A stretch of 64,000 nucleotides of DNA from Pirellulales bacterium (GCA_040901675.1 JBBDYJ010000041.1:1-64000), one strand, 5' to 3'. Counted from the stretch's first letter, positions 52,074 to 62,196 are shown. A program made the numbers and translations. Notes: generated from the letters alone by a model not told the origin.

Positions 52074-55000
52074 CGTCCAAAGCCTTCCGTGACGAATCGG
52101 GAGAGGGGCCAATCACCGGTATCTTTTCCCGGCGGTACACGTCCAGCAGGAACGGGTCGCCGGCCTGGTACTTTTTCCGGAAAGAATCGCCGCTGTAGAT
52201 GGCGGGATTGATGCGCCGCCCCAGCGCGCGCTCGGCGTCTCGAAGCGGGGTTGACAGGTCCTTCAACCTGATCGCGCCGATGATCAACAAGTCGATGTCG
52301 CTGTCTGGTGCTTGACGGCTGCGCGCGGTGGAGCCAAACACGAAGGCAATCTCGACGCCGTCGCCGAACGGCTTGAGCGACTGGGCGAGAACCGCTTCCA
52401 ACCGGATCCCACCCCGGGCTTGTCTGGCGGCCGCGAGTGCCGCGAGGCTCTCCAGAGCATGGCAGCAGGGCTGGTCGAGACTCATCAACAGCTCTTGGGC
52501 CTTCTCGACAAGCGAATGTTCCCAGGGGATTCTTTCAGCCGCCGTAGCAGTTGCCAGACATTGAGCGGCGACCCGCCGAATGCTCAATGGCTCCGGCGCG
52601 TCCAGCCAGCCCTTGAAGGCTTCCGTGATCTTGTCGCTCTTGCCGATCGACGGTTTCAAGGCCCAGGCAGCGGACAACTTGACTTCATCCGCCTCGGACG
52701 GGTCGGCGACAAGCCGCAGCAACAACTCGGTCACGGTCGGCTCGGTTACGGCGGCCTTGGACAGCCCAATAGCCGTAGCCGCGCGAAGCTCGCTGGAGTG
52801 TTTGCCTTCAAGCAGTTGTAACAGTCGATCCCGCAGTGTGTTGTCTCGCGATGCGGCCTCGTCCAAGCCCGCCGCACAGGCGGCACGGACTCGCTCGTCG
52901 GAGTCGCGATCGAGCACGCGAGCCAGGAGCTGCCTCGTGTTGTGGCGCCCCTTCGATGCGGAACCCAAGGCCCATGCGGACGCCACGCGCAGCGAGACGG
53001 GAGCATCCGACGACAGAATCTTCCGAAGCCGCACACGGGATCGCTGATCGGTGCCGACTCGTCGGCCAAGCTCTCGAACCAACAGGTGCTTCAGTTGTAC
53101 ACTCTGCCGCTGATCTTCCAGGATCGAACAGGCGCTCTTGTACCACGCGTCCGGATGTTCCAGTAACATGGTCGCATTCAAGAAGGCCACCTGGCGCGTG
53201 TCGCCATCCAGCTCGACGGAAATCTCCCGGGCGGCCTGCGACTCGAATCCCTCGAAAAGCTCGTCGCCGGCCTTTTCGAAAATCTCCCGCAACTTGATGC
53301 GGTCGTACAGGCATTTGTAATCATCCGCGTCAAGTTCCGTCCGGGCCGCCGATAGGATCTTGGCAATCGCTTCCTGCGCCTCCCTTTCCCATCGGGTGCC
53401 CTCCAGGTTCTCGAGAATCTCGAATGCTTCCAGCGTTATGCCGAGCCATTTCGACCGCCCAAGTTCGGCGAGGTCGTCAAAGAGCGTTGAAACGAGGCGG
53501 CGGTTGGCCAGCGTTGTGCCGTCCGACAAGCAGTTGAGCGCAAGCAGCGGCCCGCGCTTCAAAAACCGCCCGACTGGATCCGGATCGTCAACGATGTTCG
53601 AGACAAGCGACTCCGCCAGCGGCGGCGTGAGCTGGGCAGCAACCAGGCGCACTACTTCGCACCATTGCGGGTGGAACAAATAGCCCTTCAAGCAGTCGCT
53701 CACGTCCCGGGAACGCGATGCATCTGCTTCGTCAATGACGCCGAGGGACGCAAAATACTCTTGCAATGTCCGATGCGAAAAGCCGAACAAATCAAGACCC
53801 CGCTCTTCAATCAATCCCGTCCGCTCCGCAAGATACCGGACGATTCGATCGGAAATATCGTTGGCTTCTTTCAAATCGAAACCGAGCTTTTGCTGCAAGT
53901 GATCTCGCAGCGTGTCGGCCAGCCACCAGCGTGGCACAAGCGTGCGCTGGGCTTTCTGCATTGCCAGTGAGACGTCGGAGAGCAGCCACCGAAACTCACG
54001 TGCATCCAGAGTAATGCTGTAAGTTTCGTCGAACTTCTCGGTCGCGCGCTTGGTCTTTTCCCAAGTGTCCAGGAACACATCGACGACTTTTTCGTAAAGG
54101 TCGACGCGCCGCCGAGGCAATGTTCCGCCGCGTGCGCCAAAAAGGAGCACGAGGATCGTCAGAATCAGCGGGTTCGATCCGAGGGCCCGTACCCGAGGGT
54201 TGGAGAAGATCGCCGATTGCAGGTCATCCAAGACGGCGGCATGCGGCTGCCCCTGAATACGAGAAAGCACCTTGGCCCACTTTTCCGCAAAGTCCAGAAG
54301 CTGCTGACGGTTGTATCCCAGGACGCGAAACACGCTAAAGCCCAGCGCAGTCCACGGTCCGGATTCAAAGCCCACGACTCGCGAAGCGAGCACGAAGCGA
54401 TTCTTCGGGTAGCTTTCGATGAAGGCCTTCACAGCCTGGATCAGGCTTTCACACTGCTTGTGATCGCCTACCTCGTCGAGGCCGTCGAGCAGCACGAGGC
54501 ACCCGCGCTTTTCGTCGGACAGTTCCTTGGCAAGTGATTCTTCAATACCGGCGCATCCGCCATGCGCCGCTCGGGCGGCAACGAACTTCAGCAGGTCAAC
54601 GCGCGGGTCGAGTTCCTGGGCGCGGCCAAACTCCGCCAGGCGGATGTAGACCGGCAACTGGGCTTGCTGGTCCTTTACCATTGCCCGGGAATGGGCCAGG
54701 TAGCGAAGCAGCGTTGTCTTTCCGCTGCCTGGATCGCCCAGAACAACGACTCGATCCGAGGTTTGGACGCACTGAGTGGCCGAAAGGGGCGGGCTCGGTT
54801 GACGCTTAGCGGTTCCACTTGTGCGAGGGCGGCAGTCATCGGATGACTCTTCGGGTTGCTCACGAAGGGTCAAGTCGACAAAGATCTCGTCGATCGGCTG
54901 CCGCTCGAATTGCGGCATTCCAATCCCTCGAAAATCAACCTTCCCGTACTCCTCCGCCACCCAGCGGAGATAATCGCTCAGTCCGCCCCCAACCAAGAGG

Positions 55001-55194
55001 TCTGCAGGAGGCAAGTTAAGCCCATCGGCCAGCCGCCGGACGGTCGATTCCCGGACCGGCGCCGTTTTCCGTGAAAGAAGCCGGCTCAACTGGGCCCGGG
55101 AAACGCCAGAACGCCTCGCAAGTTCAGATTGCGCAATGCCTTGCGACTCCATTTTGGATCGCAAAGCATGCACGTCGAGGACGGTCTCATCCAT
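52027..55194 (-). CDS. XRE-HTH / NACHT NTPase / HEAT-like repeats / MNT nucleotidyltransferase fusion
   Basis: QSELARRSGVSRAQLSRL (HTH); GDPGSGKTT (Walker A); LVLLDGLDEV (Walker B); NPLIL; FSHRTLQEYF; VRAACAAGL-type repeats; FGSTARSRQAPDSDID (GS-X10-DXD). Confidence 0.9.
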   Translation of the reverse strand: MDETVLDVHALRSKMESQGIAQSELARRSGVSRAQLSRLLSRKTAPVRESTVRRLADGLNLPPADLLVGGGLSDYLRWVAEEYGKVDFRGIGMPQFERQPIDEIFVDLTLREQPEESSDDCRPRTSGTAKRQPSPPLSATQCVQTSDRVVVLGDPGSGKTTLLRYLAHSRAMVKDQQAQLPVYIRLAEFGRAQELDPRVDLLKFVAARAAHGGCAGIEESLAKELSDEKRGCLVLLDGLDEVGDHKQCESLIQAVKAFIESYPKNRFVLASRVVGFESGPWTALGFSVFRVLGYNRQQLLDFAEKWAKVLSRIQGQPHAAVLDDLQSAIFSNPRVRALGSNPLILTILVLLFGARGGTLPRRRVDLYEKVVDVFLDTWEKTKRATEKFDETYSITLDAREFRWLLSDVSLAMQKAQRTLVPRWWLADTLRDHLQQKLGFDLKEANDISDRIVRYLAERTGLIEERGLDLFGFSHRTLQEYFASLGVIDEADASRSRDVSDCLKGYLFHPQWCEVVRLVAAQLTPPLAESLVSNIVDDPDPVGRFLKRGPLLALNCLSDGTTLANRRLVSTLFDDLAELGRSKWLGITLEAFEILENLEGTRWEREAQEAIAKILSAARTELDADDYKCLYDRIKLREIFEKAGDELFEGFESQAAREISVELDGDTRQVAFLNATMLLEHPDAWYKSACSILEDQRQSVQLKHLLVRELGRRVGTDQRSRVRLRKILSSDAPVSLRVASAWALGSASKGRHNTRQLLARVLDRDSDERVRAACAAGLDEAASRDNTLRDRLLQLLEGKHSSELRAATAIGLSKAAVTEPTVTELLLRLVADPSEADEVKLSAAWALKPSIGKSDKITEAFKGWLDAPEPLSIRRVAAQCLATATAAERIPWEHSLVEKAQELLMSLDQPCCHALESLAALAAARQARGGIRLEAVLAQSLKPFGDGVEIAFVFGSTARSRQAPDSDIDLLIIGAIRLKDLSTPLRDAERALGRRINPAIYSGDSFRKKYQAGDPFLLDVYRREKIPVIGPSPDSSRKALDDELRAMVAERLASTV

Positions 55195-55227
55195 ATCTCA
55201 ATCCCTGCGTTCTCCTCCAGGAATCCA

Positions 55228-55289
55228 AGTATACACTCTATGCCTCATTTGTCCATAGAGATATCCGTCTCTAATGTTACTAATGAGGC
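55228..55289 (-). promoter_or_regulatory. Putative promoter and inverted-repeat operator of the NACHT-MNT/HEPN operon
   Basis: TGGACA-16 bp-TATACT on the minus strand; GCCTCATT(55242-55249)/AATGAGGC(55282-55289) with inner TAGAGA/TCTCTA. Confidence 0.5.
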
Positions 55290-55342
55290 GCATCATCCGC
55301 ACGATTGCTGGCAGTCCCGGCAGACTAAGACTCGATGGAGTC

Positions 55343-55387
55343 TTGACGGCGTTCATTTGAACGCTAGAATTGCGTTCAAATGAAAGC
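55343..55387 (+). promoter_or_regulatory. Promoter with two palindromic operators upstream of the BlaI-like gene
   Basis: TTGACG-16 bp-TAGAAT; GCGTTCA-TT-TGAACGC fills the spacer; second copy GCGTTCA-AA-TGAAAGC at 55372-55387. Confidence 0.75.
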
Positions 55388-55406
55388 CAATCGATCCGGA
55401 GCCACC

Positions 55407-55790
55407 ATGGCCAAGCGCCCCCCCGTCGCTAAGTCTGAATTGGAGGTCGTCCAGATCGTCTGGCAATTGGGCGAAGCCAGCGTCCGACAGGTCCTCGAGG
55501 CCCTCCCCGCCCAGCGCAAACTCGACTTCAAAACGGTGCAAACCTACCTCCGCCGACTCGAGGCCAAAGGCTATCTGCGTACGCGACGCGACGGAAGGGC
55601 CAAGCTCTACGCGCCTCGTGTTCGTCCGGACCAGGTCGTTCGCGAGGTCGTCGACGACCTCGTCCATCGCCTGTTCGCAGGGGAATCACTGCCCCTCTTC
55701 CAGCATCTGATTCAAGACCGGGGTCTGACCGACGCGGAAATCGGCCAGTTGCGATCCATGCTGAAAGAGTTGGAGGACCGAAAACCATGA
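55407..55790 (+). CDS. BlaI/MecI/CopY family repressor
   Basis: SELEVVQIVW, TVQTYLRRLEAKGYL, LFAG; ATG at 55407 with GGAG RBS. Confidence 0.93.
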   Translation: MAKRPPVAKSELEVVQIVWQLGEASVRQVLEALPAQRKLDFKTVQTYLRRLEAKGYLRTRRDGRAKLYAPRVRPDQVVREVVDDLVHRLFAGESLPLFQHLIQDRGLTDAEIGQLRSMLKELEDRKP

Positions 55791-58708
55791 CGGCAGCGAT
55801 GCACGCGATGGGTCATCTGGCCTGGACCCAGTTCTGGCAAGTCACGATGGTCGCGGCCGGCATCGGCCTGGCCACCCACTGGTTCTGCAAGCGGCGCCCA
55901 CACCTGGCCTACGTGCTCTGGATGGTCGTGTTGGTCAAATGCCTGGCTCCGCCTCTGTGGAGCAGCCCTACAGGTGTCTTCAGTTGGGCCGCACCCGGAC
56001 TTGCCACCGCAAGACCGGTCGAGCGTGCAACCGCCAAGCAGCCGAATGACGTCGCTGCCATTCCGAGCCCCGCGCGAGCTGACCGAACGCCAAAGCAAGA
56101 GCCGGCCCGTGGCCAACCACTGCCGCGGACGAGTCCAGATTCTGCGCGCTCTTCACTGGAAGTTCGGACGGCAGATCCCGCCGTGATGCCGGGCGCCGTG
56201 CCCACTCGAATCACCCACCTTGGGGCGGTGCTGGGCATGGTGTGGCTGGCTGGGGCGGCCGTCTACGCCGGCCTGGTCTCGGTGACCGCGGCCGGCTGCT
56301 GGCGAACAATCCGCTACTCCCAGGTGCCGGTTGATGAATCGCTGACCGCGCTGGCGGCGGAACTTGGAGGCCGGCTCGGCATTCGCCGCAGCGTACGGCT
56401 GTCGGTGATCAGCGAACCGCTCGGACCAATGACGTATGGCTGGCGGCGGCCCACCGTTGTCATGCCGCGGGCGCTGGTCGCCTCCCGTTCGAGGGACCAA
56501 CTCGAACCACTGCTCGCACACGAGCTCGTGCATGTGCGACGCGGCGACGCACTGATCGGGTTGGTGCAAATCATCGTCCAGTGCCTGTGGTGGTTTCACC
56601 CGCTGGTCTGGTGGGCTAACCGCCGGATCGCTTACGAGCGCGAGCGATGCTGCGACGAAGAGGTCGTGGCCGGGCTTGCGTATCAGCCGGGCTGGTATGC
56701 CAGGAGCCTGGTTGGCGTCTTGCACCTCAAGCGGCAATTGCGTTGGCTGTCGGCCTTGCCCGGCGTCCGTCTGTTCGAGCTTACCAAACGGCGATTGGAG
56801 CATCTCATGCTGCACTCTGACCACTTTCGAACCAGAATGCCCCGCCGCTATTGGCTGGTTCTGATCGCCGGAGTGCTCATGTTGGCTCCTGGAGCAGGCC
56901 GCAGCGGAGGCGCCGACGGGGACGCAGGCGACACAACGGTGATCGAAGCGGCACCGCCGGCACAGGAGTCGCCTTTGAGCGTAACACGCTTTGTTTCGCC
57001 CGATGGCAAACGAATTGCTTATGGTCAGATCGCGGTCGGTCCCGACGGCGAGCAACGCGTGCGGATCATCATTGGCAACGTCGACGGAACGAATCGGCGC
57101 CCGCTGCCGGTCGATGGAGAGGCCGTCGACGAAGTCCGTTGGTACGGTAACGACCGGATTGCCTACGTCACCGATCATGGCCAGGATGGCTACTTCCTGA
57201 TGGACGACAACGGAAAGGCCGATGGCCGGATCACCATGCCCGCCGGGTGCGATTCGTTTTTTCACCAGTGCCTCTCGCCCGACGGCCGCTGGATCGCATT
57301 CTGCGGAAACTATGCCGACGTTCCCAGCGACGTCGCTTCGGAGGGTGCCCGCCGGCGGTTCTTGAAAGAGCACCCGGAGATCCAGGTCAAGCACGGCCTG
57401 TTCGCGGTCGATCTGAAGCAGCAGACCGTCCGGCACTTGCTCGCGGAAACGGTCGCGAACATGCCTGCCTGGTCGGCCGACTCAAAGTATCTCGCCGCGG
57501 GCATTGGACATTATGTGGCGCATTACCCGTTGGCAATTATCAACGTCGAAACCGGCGAAGTTCAGAAGCCCGACGTGCAAGGAGTGGGCGTCGCCTGGTC
57601 GCCCGACGGCTCGCACCTGGCCATGACGACCGACGTCGTCCGTGGTGGAAGCTGGCGCGGCGGCGTGCCCATGGACGGCGGCCTGTGCGTCTGGGACGTG
57701 CCGGCCCGGCAGCGGACGCCGGTCTCACCGCCCGGCTCGAACGTCAGCGTCAAGGAACCGTATTCCTGGGTCAACGGCGGCAGTCACGGTCCCGTCTGGT
57801 CGGGCGACGGCGAGTGGATCGCATATCGGCGAACTGAACACGCGCGCGGCGCCGGCCGCCAGGCCGAGCACCGCGAGGAGGTGTGGGTGGTCCGTCGAAA
57901 TGGCACCGGCGAGAAAAAAGTGTTGAATCATGGGGCATCCGAGCTCGCCTGGACGGCCGACGGACGCGCGCTGCTGTGGGTGGCGGAAGGGCGATTCGGT
58001 CGGATCGATCTCGAGATGGAGGCCGCGGCCCTTGGACCAACGCCCGCGGCGCCGGTCGGTGCGTTCACCATCCAGGGGCGGATCACCGACGCATCAGGCC
58101 AACCGATGGAAGGCGTCCAGGTTCATGTAGCGCGCGGAATCGGCAGCCTTCGAAGCACGTACCCTGTCACGAGCGACGCCGACGGCCGGTACGAGATCCA
58201 CTTTGGTCCGGGCATGTTTACCGAGGGGGCCAACATGCAATATGCCTGCGCGTTTGCACGCAAGCCGGGATTCTACGAAAAGAATCTCTGCCGTGATGGA
58301 AACCTGGCGATGGCCAATTTCAAGCCCAAGAACGTTCGCCAGGCCGATTGGGGGGCGGCGGGAATTGTCTATCCGGGAAACCCGTATCGCCTTGACTTCA
58401 CCATGCTGCCCGCCGCGTCGATCTCATTGGAGCTTGTCGACCCTGACGGTGCGCCGCTGCCGCATTACAAGGTGGCTCTGACGGGCGACGACTTGTATCC
58501 GGCGAGCAGCGTGCTCGCGGGCGCCGAAACCGACGACCATGGACGCCTCGAGTTCGAAAGCGTGCCGCTCAAGGCATATCACTTCTCCCTCGGCTCGCGC
58601 CGCGCCGAGTACAAGACGCAGCCCATCTTGTTCGATCGAGCCGGACCCCGCCGATTCCGCCTCGTGTACGATGACACGGCCGGCACGTTGGTCGCCACAC
58701 GCCGATAG
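55787..58708 (+). CDS. BlaR1-type M56 metallopeptidase with TolB-like beta-propeller and carboxypeptidase-regulatory-like Ig domains
   Basis: LAHELVHVRRGD, WWFHPLVW, RERCCDE; repeated SPDG/WSPDG; IQGRITDASGQPMEGV...SDADGRY. Confidence 0.9.
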   Translation: MTAAMHAMGHLAWTQFWQVTMVAAGIGLATHWFCKRRPHLAYVLWMVVLVKCLAPPLWSSPTGVFSWAAPGLATARPVERATAKQPNDVAAIPSPARADRTPKQEPARGQPLPRTSPDSARSSLEVRTADPAVMPGAVPTRITHLGAVLGMVWLAGAAVYAGLVSVTAAGCWRTIRYSQVPVDESLTALAAELGGRLGIRRSVRLSVISEPLGPMTYGWRRPTVVMPRALVASRSRDQLEPLLAHELVHVRRGDALIGLVQIIVQCLWWFHPLVWWANRRIAYERERCCDEEVVAGLAYQPGWYARSLVGVLHLKRQLRWLSALPGVRLFELTKRRLEHLMLHSDHFRTRMPRRYWLVLIAGVLMLAPGAGRSGGADGDAGDTTVIEAAPPAQESPLSVTRFVSPDGKRIAYGQIAVGPDGEQRVRIIIGNVDGTNRRPLPVDGEAVDEVRWYGNDRIAYVTDHGQDGYFLMDDNGKADGRITMPAGCDSFFHQCLSPDGRWIAFCGNYADVPSDVASEGARRRFLKEHPEIQVKHGLFAVDLKQQTVRHLLAETVANMPAWSADSKYLAAGIGHYVAHYPLAIINVETGEVQKPDVQGVGVAWSPDGSHLAMTTDVVRGGSWRGGVPMDGGLCVWDVPARQRTPVSPPGSNVSVKEPYSWVNGGSHGPVWSGDGEWIAYRRTEHARGAGRQAEHREEVWVVRRNGTGEKKVLNHGASELAWTADGRALLWVAEGRFGRIDLEMEAAALGPTPAAPVGAFTIQGRITDASGQPMEGVQVHVARGIGSLRSTYPVTSDADGRYEIHFGPGMFTEGANMQYACAFARKPGFYEKNLCRDGNLAMANFKPKNVRQADWGAAGIVYPGNPYRLDFTMLPAASISLELVDPDGAPLPHYKVALTGDDLYPASSVLAGAETDDHGRLEFESVPLKAYHFSLGSRRAEYKTQPILFDRAGPRRFRLVYDDTAGTLVATRR

Positions 58709-58772
58709 TTGATTCGCGTGCTCCGCATATCTGCCCACGGCCCAGGGCAAACCAGCGATCGGATGGCCTGCT

Positions 58773-60800
58773 TTACGCGTCGAAGAGGGCGTAGACCTTT
58801 GCCTCCCAGGCAAAGATCGGCTCGCGCCCGACCCACTGGCCGGGGACATCGCGTCCTTGCGTTATCTCGCGCCAGTTCTTGCCGGCAGGGGTGGCCGGCC
58901 AGTTGTGCACGCGATACTCGGCGCCCGGGCTGGCTGGGTTGGCCGTGACAAAGTCGGAAAAGTTGGCGACGACGACCACTTGCTCGCCGCTGCCGGGCAG
59001 GCCGCGGCGCCAAACCACCACGCGTTTGCCATCGTTGAAATCGACATGGATGAAATCGGTGTCGTTGACGGAGAGCGCGTGGTAGGAAGCGCGGAACTTC
59101 ACCAGCCGCGCGACGTAGTCGAAGACGCGGCGCCGGAAGGGCTCCTCAAGACGCTCGTAATTTACCGCGTCGCGCTGCTTCGGCGGATGAGCGACGCTCA
59201 AGTCGTGCTCGTCCGCGAACTCGTCGCCCGCAAAGATCATCGGGATCCCGACCGCGGTCAGCAGGCAGGCGAAGGCGAGCTTGATGCGCTCCTCAGTGAA
59301 AACGATGCCGTTGTTCTGAAGGAAATTGAAGAGCCGCTCGTTGCGGAAGCCTTCCACATCGTGGCTGCCGACGTAATTCACCGCCTCCGCCCCATCGCGA
59401 AAACCTATCAACCGGCAGTCGATCAGCTTGCGAATCGACCACTCGAAACTTGGCTCCTCGTCGTCGTTGCGGCCCCGAATGGCGTTGCGGACCATGCGCT
59501 TGAAGTCCTCGTTCCAAAGCCCATCGAGCCGGTGCTGCCTGAGCAAGTCGATCGGCACGGAAAGCTCCTCGCCGACCACGAGGAACTCGCCGGGCGCCCC
59601 GCCGCTTTCTTGCCAGGAATGCCGAGCCAGGTCCTTGAACTCCCCCACGAAATCCCAGTTGGCGACGTTGTTGACGCTGTCCATGCGGACGCCGTCGATG
59701 GCGAAGTCCGACATCCAGCGCAGCAGGCAGGCCTTCATCAACTGCCGCGCCGGAGAAAAGGCGCCGGCCTGGCCGTCGACAGGATCGTAGCCGGATGCGG
59801 TGCGAGCAAAGCGCCAAAGCCGGCCGCCGAAGCCGTTGCGAGTGCCTTGCCCGCTGGATTGCTGCGTGTCGGGATCGTGCGGCGTGAGCTGCGGATCGAT
59901 GTGGAACTCGGGGAAGTTGATGTTCTCCATCGCCGCGCGCGTGCCGAAGGCCATCACCACGTCGATGACGAAGCGGATGCCGAGCGCGTGGCAGGCGGTG
60001 ACGAGCTTGACAAGATCGGTGTTCGACGTCGGCGAGGAGTTGCCGCTCGGAAAACCGAGATCGAAGTCCGGCGCGAAGTAGTTGCTTGTGGCGTAACCCC
60101 ACTCGCGCTCCACGAAGCTGTCGGCGGGCGGCAAGAGCTCGAGCCCATTGATGCCGAGCTCCTGCAGGTGGCTGCGGCCCGGCTGCAACGCCGGTAGGGC
60201 GGCGAAGTTCATTGCCTCGGCATCCGAGTCCACGAGCGCGAGCACGTCGCGGAAAGTGCCGATGCCGATCTGCGGATCACCGTGGACGTTGGTCTTCGTC
60301 CACGAGGTCGGCAACTCATAAATGACCAGCCGGTTGTTCGGTTTCGCCTTGCCGGGCGCGATCGCCGGCGGCGGAGTCAACGTCTCACCGGCCGCATCAC
60401 AGGGGACGAGCTGACCGTTTTCGAACTTTACCACCGCCGCCGGATCCTGGTCGTCGGCGTCGTACGGCGCGGGCAGGCGCTCAGCGAGCAAGCGCCAATC
60501 CACCGTAAACGCAGTCGGGTCGGTACACAAGATTCGGCGCCCGCCGCGAAACGGGTTGCTGTCGCTGACTTCGAACCAGTAGTGATAAACCGATCCGTCC
60601 GTGAGACCGCACGAGGCGACGTTGATGCCCCACAGGTCTGAATGCTGGGCCATCTGTTCGAGATCGAACTCCCGGCGGTTGGCGAGCGTCGGCGGGTTGC
60701 CGGCCTGGAACTGGCCGATCACGAGCTTTGGTGCGATTTGCGTATTGTGCGGGCGCCAAAGAACGAACGCGGTTGTCTTAAGCCCGAAGAGATGAGCCAT
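58773..60800 (-). CDS. GH13 alpha-amylase family glycoside hydrolase (branching-enzyme/trehalohydrolase-like)
   Basis: VIYEL, WGY, DGVRMDSV, VGEEL, GSHD, GIPMIFAGDEF; ATG at 60800. Confidence 0.88.
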   Translation of the reverse strand: MAHLFGLKTTAFVLWRPHNTQIAPKLVIGQFQAGNPPTLANRREFDLEQMAQHSDLWGINVASCGLTDGSVYHYWFEVSDSNPFRGGRRILCTDPTAFTVDWRLLAERLPAPYDADDQDPAAVVKFENGQLVPCDAAGETLTPPPAIAPGKAKPNNRLVIYELPTSWTKTNVHGDPQIGIGTFRDVLALVDSDAEAMNFAALPALQPGRSHLQELGINGLELLPPADSFVEREWGYATSNYFAPDFDLGFPSGNSSPTSNTDLVKLVTACHALGIRFVIDVVMAFGTRAAMENINFPEFHIDPQLTPHDPDTQQSSGQGTRNGFGGRLWRFARTASGYDPVDGQAGAFSPARQLMKACLLRWMSDFAIDGVRMDSVNNVANWDFVGEFKDLARHSWQESGGAPGEFLVVGEELSVPIDLLRQHRLDGLWNEDFKRMVRNAIRGRNDDEEPSFEWSIRKLIDCRLIGFRDGAEAVNYVGSHDVEGFRNERLFNFLQNNGIVFTEERIKLAFACLLTAVGIPMIFAGDEFADEHDLSVAHPPKQRDAVNYERLEEPFRRRVFDYVARLVKFRASYHALSVNDTDFIHVDFNDGKRVVVWRRGLPGSGEQVVVVANFSDFVTANPASPGAEYRVHNWPATPAGKNWREITQGRDVPGQWVGREPIFAWEAKVYALFDA

Positions 60801-60807
60801 GCGCGCC

Positions 60808-62196
60808 TCAGGCGATGCTAAGATCGAACGAGGGCGTGTCTCCTTTGAGAAGTTCAAACGAGAATCGCCCGTCGCTCTGCTTCTTCCGATCGCTCAACTG
60901 CTTCTGCAGCTCTTTCATGTGCTCTTTTGCCGCGGAATTCTCCGTCGCGCTGTCGCTGCTGTTGAACCAGAACCTGAATCCGCCGGCGGCTTTGGGATGC
61001 GTCGCGGCGAAAGGGACGCCGGCCAGACGTGAATCGAGAATCAAGGCGACGACCCGCAGATCGGGGTTCTCGTGCTTGCCGTTGCCACAAAAGATGTAAT
61101 GGTCGGCCGTGACTCGCTTCACGAACTCCTCGTCGATGTTGTGCTCCGAGCCATGATGCTGCATTTTGAGCGCGTCGACGTGCATGCGGCCCTGACCGTC
61201 GGTCTTCTCGTGGAACTCGAGTCCCTTCAAGATGTCGCCGGCGTGGCCGTCGCCGGTCAAGAGCAGCGTCTTCTTGCCTTCCTCGACGAGGAGCATCAGC
61301 GAGGCGAGGTTCGGCGGCGTCACCTTGGCGCGATCGCCAAGACGCTCCGCCTCCGCGATTTGGACTTCGAGCAGCTTGCGGATGTCGCTCGTGCCGAGCC
61401 GTTCGGCATCGCGCTGCGCCTGCTTGCGCATTTTTTCGAGCCGCTCCTTATTGGCACGCAGCCACTCATTCCACTTCTTCCGGAGCACCGCCAGGTCTGC
61501 TTCGAATGGACCAATGACCGACAGGCGCAGCGAGCCGATCCGGATCGGTTTCGGCGGCGGCGAAGCCTCGCGGACGAAGGCGAGCTTCTCCTTGAACCGC
61601 TTGTTGAGCGGAATGCCGAGTTGCTCCGCCGACACGCGCCGCGACAACTGGATCGCCTCCGGGATGCTGGCGGCGATCTCCTGCTGCTCGACCGCCGCTT
61701 CGAGCAAATCAGCATGGCTCGTGCCGAGCAGCGACTTCGCCGAGGCTGCCAGCAGCTCGCTGATCTGGGTGGCGGCGGCAGTGTCGGAGACCGGCCCGCC
61801 TGCCGAGCTCGCTGCCAGAAGATCGGTGATTTTGCCCTTATTGTCCTTGAGCATCTCGTGGAATGAGTTATGCCAGATTTCCTTCACTTCCGGCGGTCGG
61901 GGCGAATCGGGCTCGGGATGCGAGTCGTTCCCCTCGCTCAACTGAAAATCATGCACGCGCCACTCGACGTGATCGTCCATCAGTTGCAGCACGCCGGCTA
62001 TGTGGTCCTGATCGATATGGGATACGTACACCAGGTCCAGCGGCACGCCTTGCTCGGCCAGCTCGCCCAGATGGGGTGCCACGAACTTGCTGTAGGAATC
62101 CCGCATGCCGCCGTCGATCAGGATCCGCCCCTGGCCCCCCTCGCCGGCAAGCAGCAGGCAGTCCCCTTTGTCCGACTGAAACACGGTGATCTTCAA
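60808..62196 (-). CDS. MBL-fold hydrolase, ComEC/Rec2-like (putative nuclease)
   Basis: GDCLLL, ILIDGG, SHIDQDHIAG, NLASL, LLTGDG, KMQHHGS; TTG start overlaps the S8 stop, AAGGAGG RBS. Confidence 0.85.
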   Translation of the reverse strand: MKITVFQSDKGDCLLLAGEGGQGRILIDGGMRDSYSKFVAPHLGELAEQGVPLDLVYVSHIDQDHIAGVLQLMDDHVEWRVHDFQLSEGNDSHPEPDSPRPPEVKEIWHNSFHEMLKDNKGKITDLLAASSAGGPVSDTAAATQISELLAASAKSLLGTSHADLLEAAVEQQEIAASIPEAIQLSRRVSAEQLGIPLNKRFKEKLAFVREASPPPKPIRIGSLRLSVIGPFEADLAVLRKKWNEWLRANKERLEKMRKQAQRDAERLGTSDIRKLLEVQIAEAERLGDRAKVTPPNLASLMLLVEEGKKTLLLTGDGHAGDILKGLEFHEKTDGQGRMHVDALKMQHHGSEHNIDEEFVKRVTADHYIFCGNGKHENPDLRVVALILDSRLAGVPFAATHPKAAGGFRFWFNSSDSATENSAAKEHMKELQKQLSDRKKQSDGRFSFELLKGDTPSFDLSIA

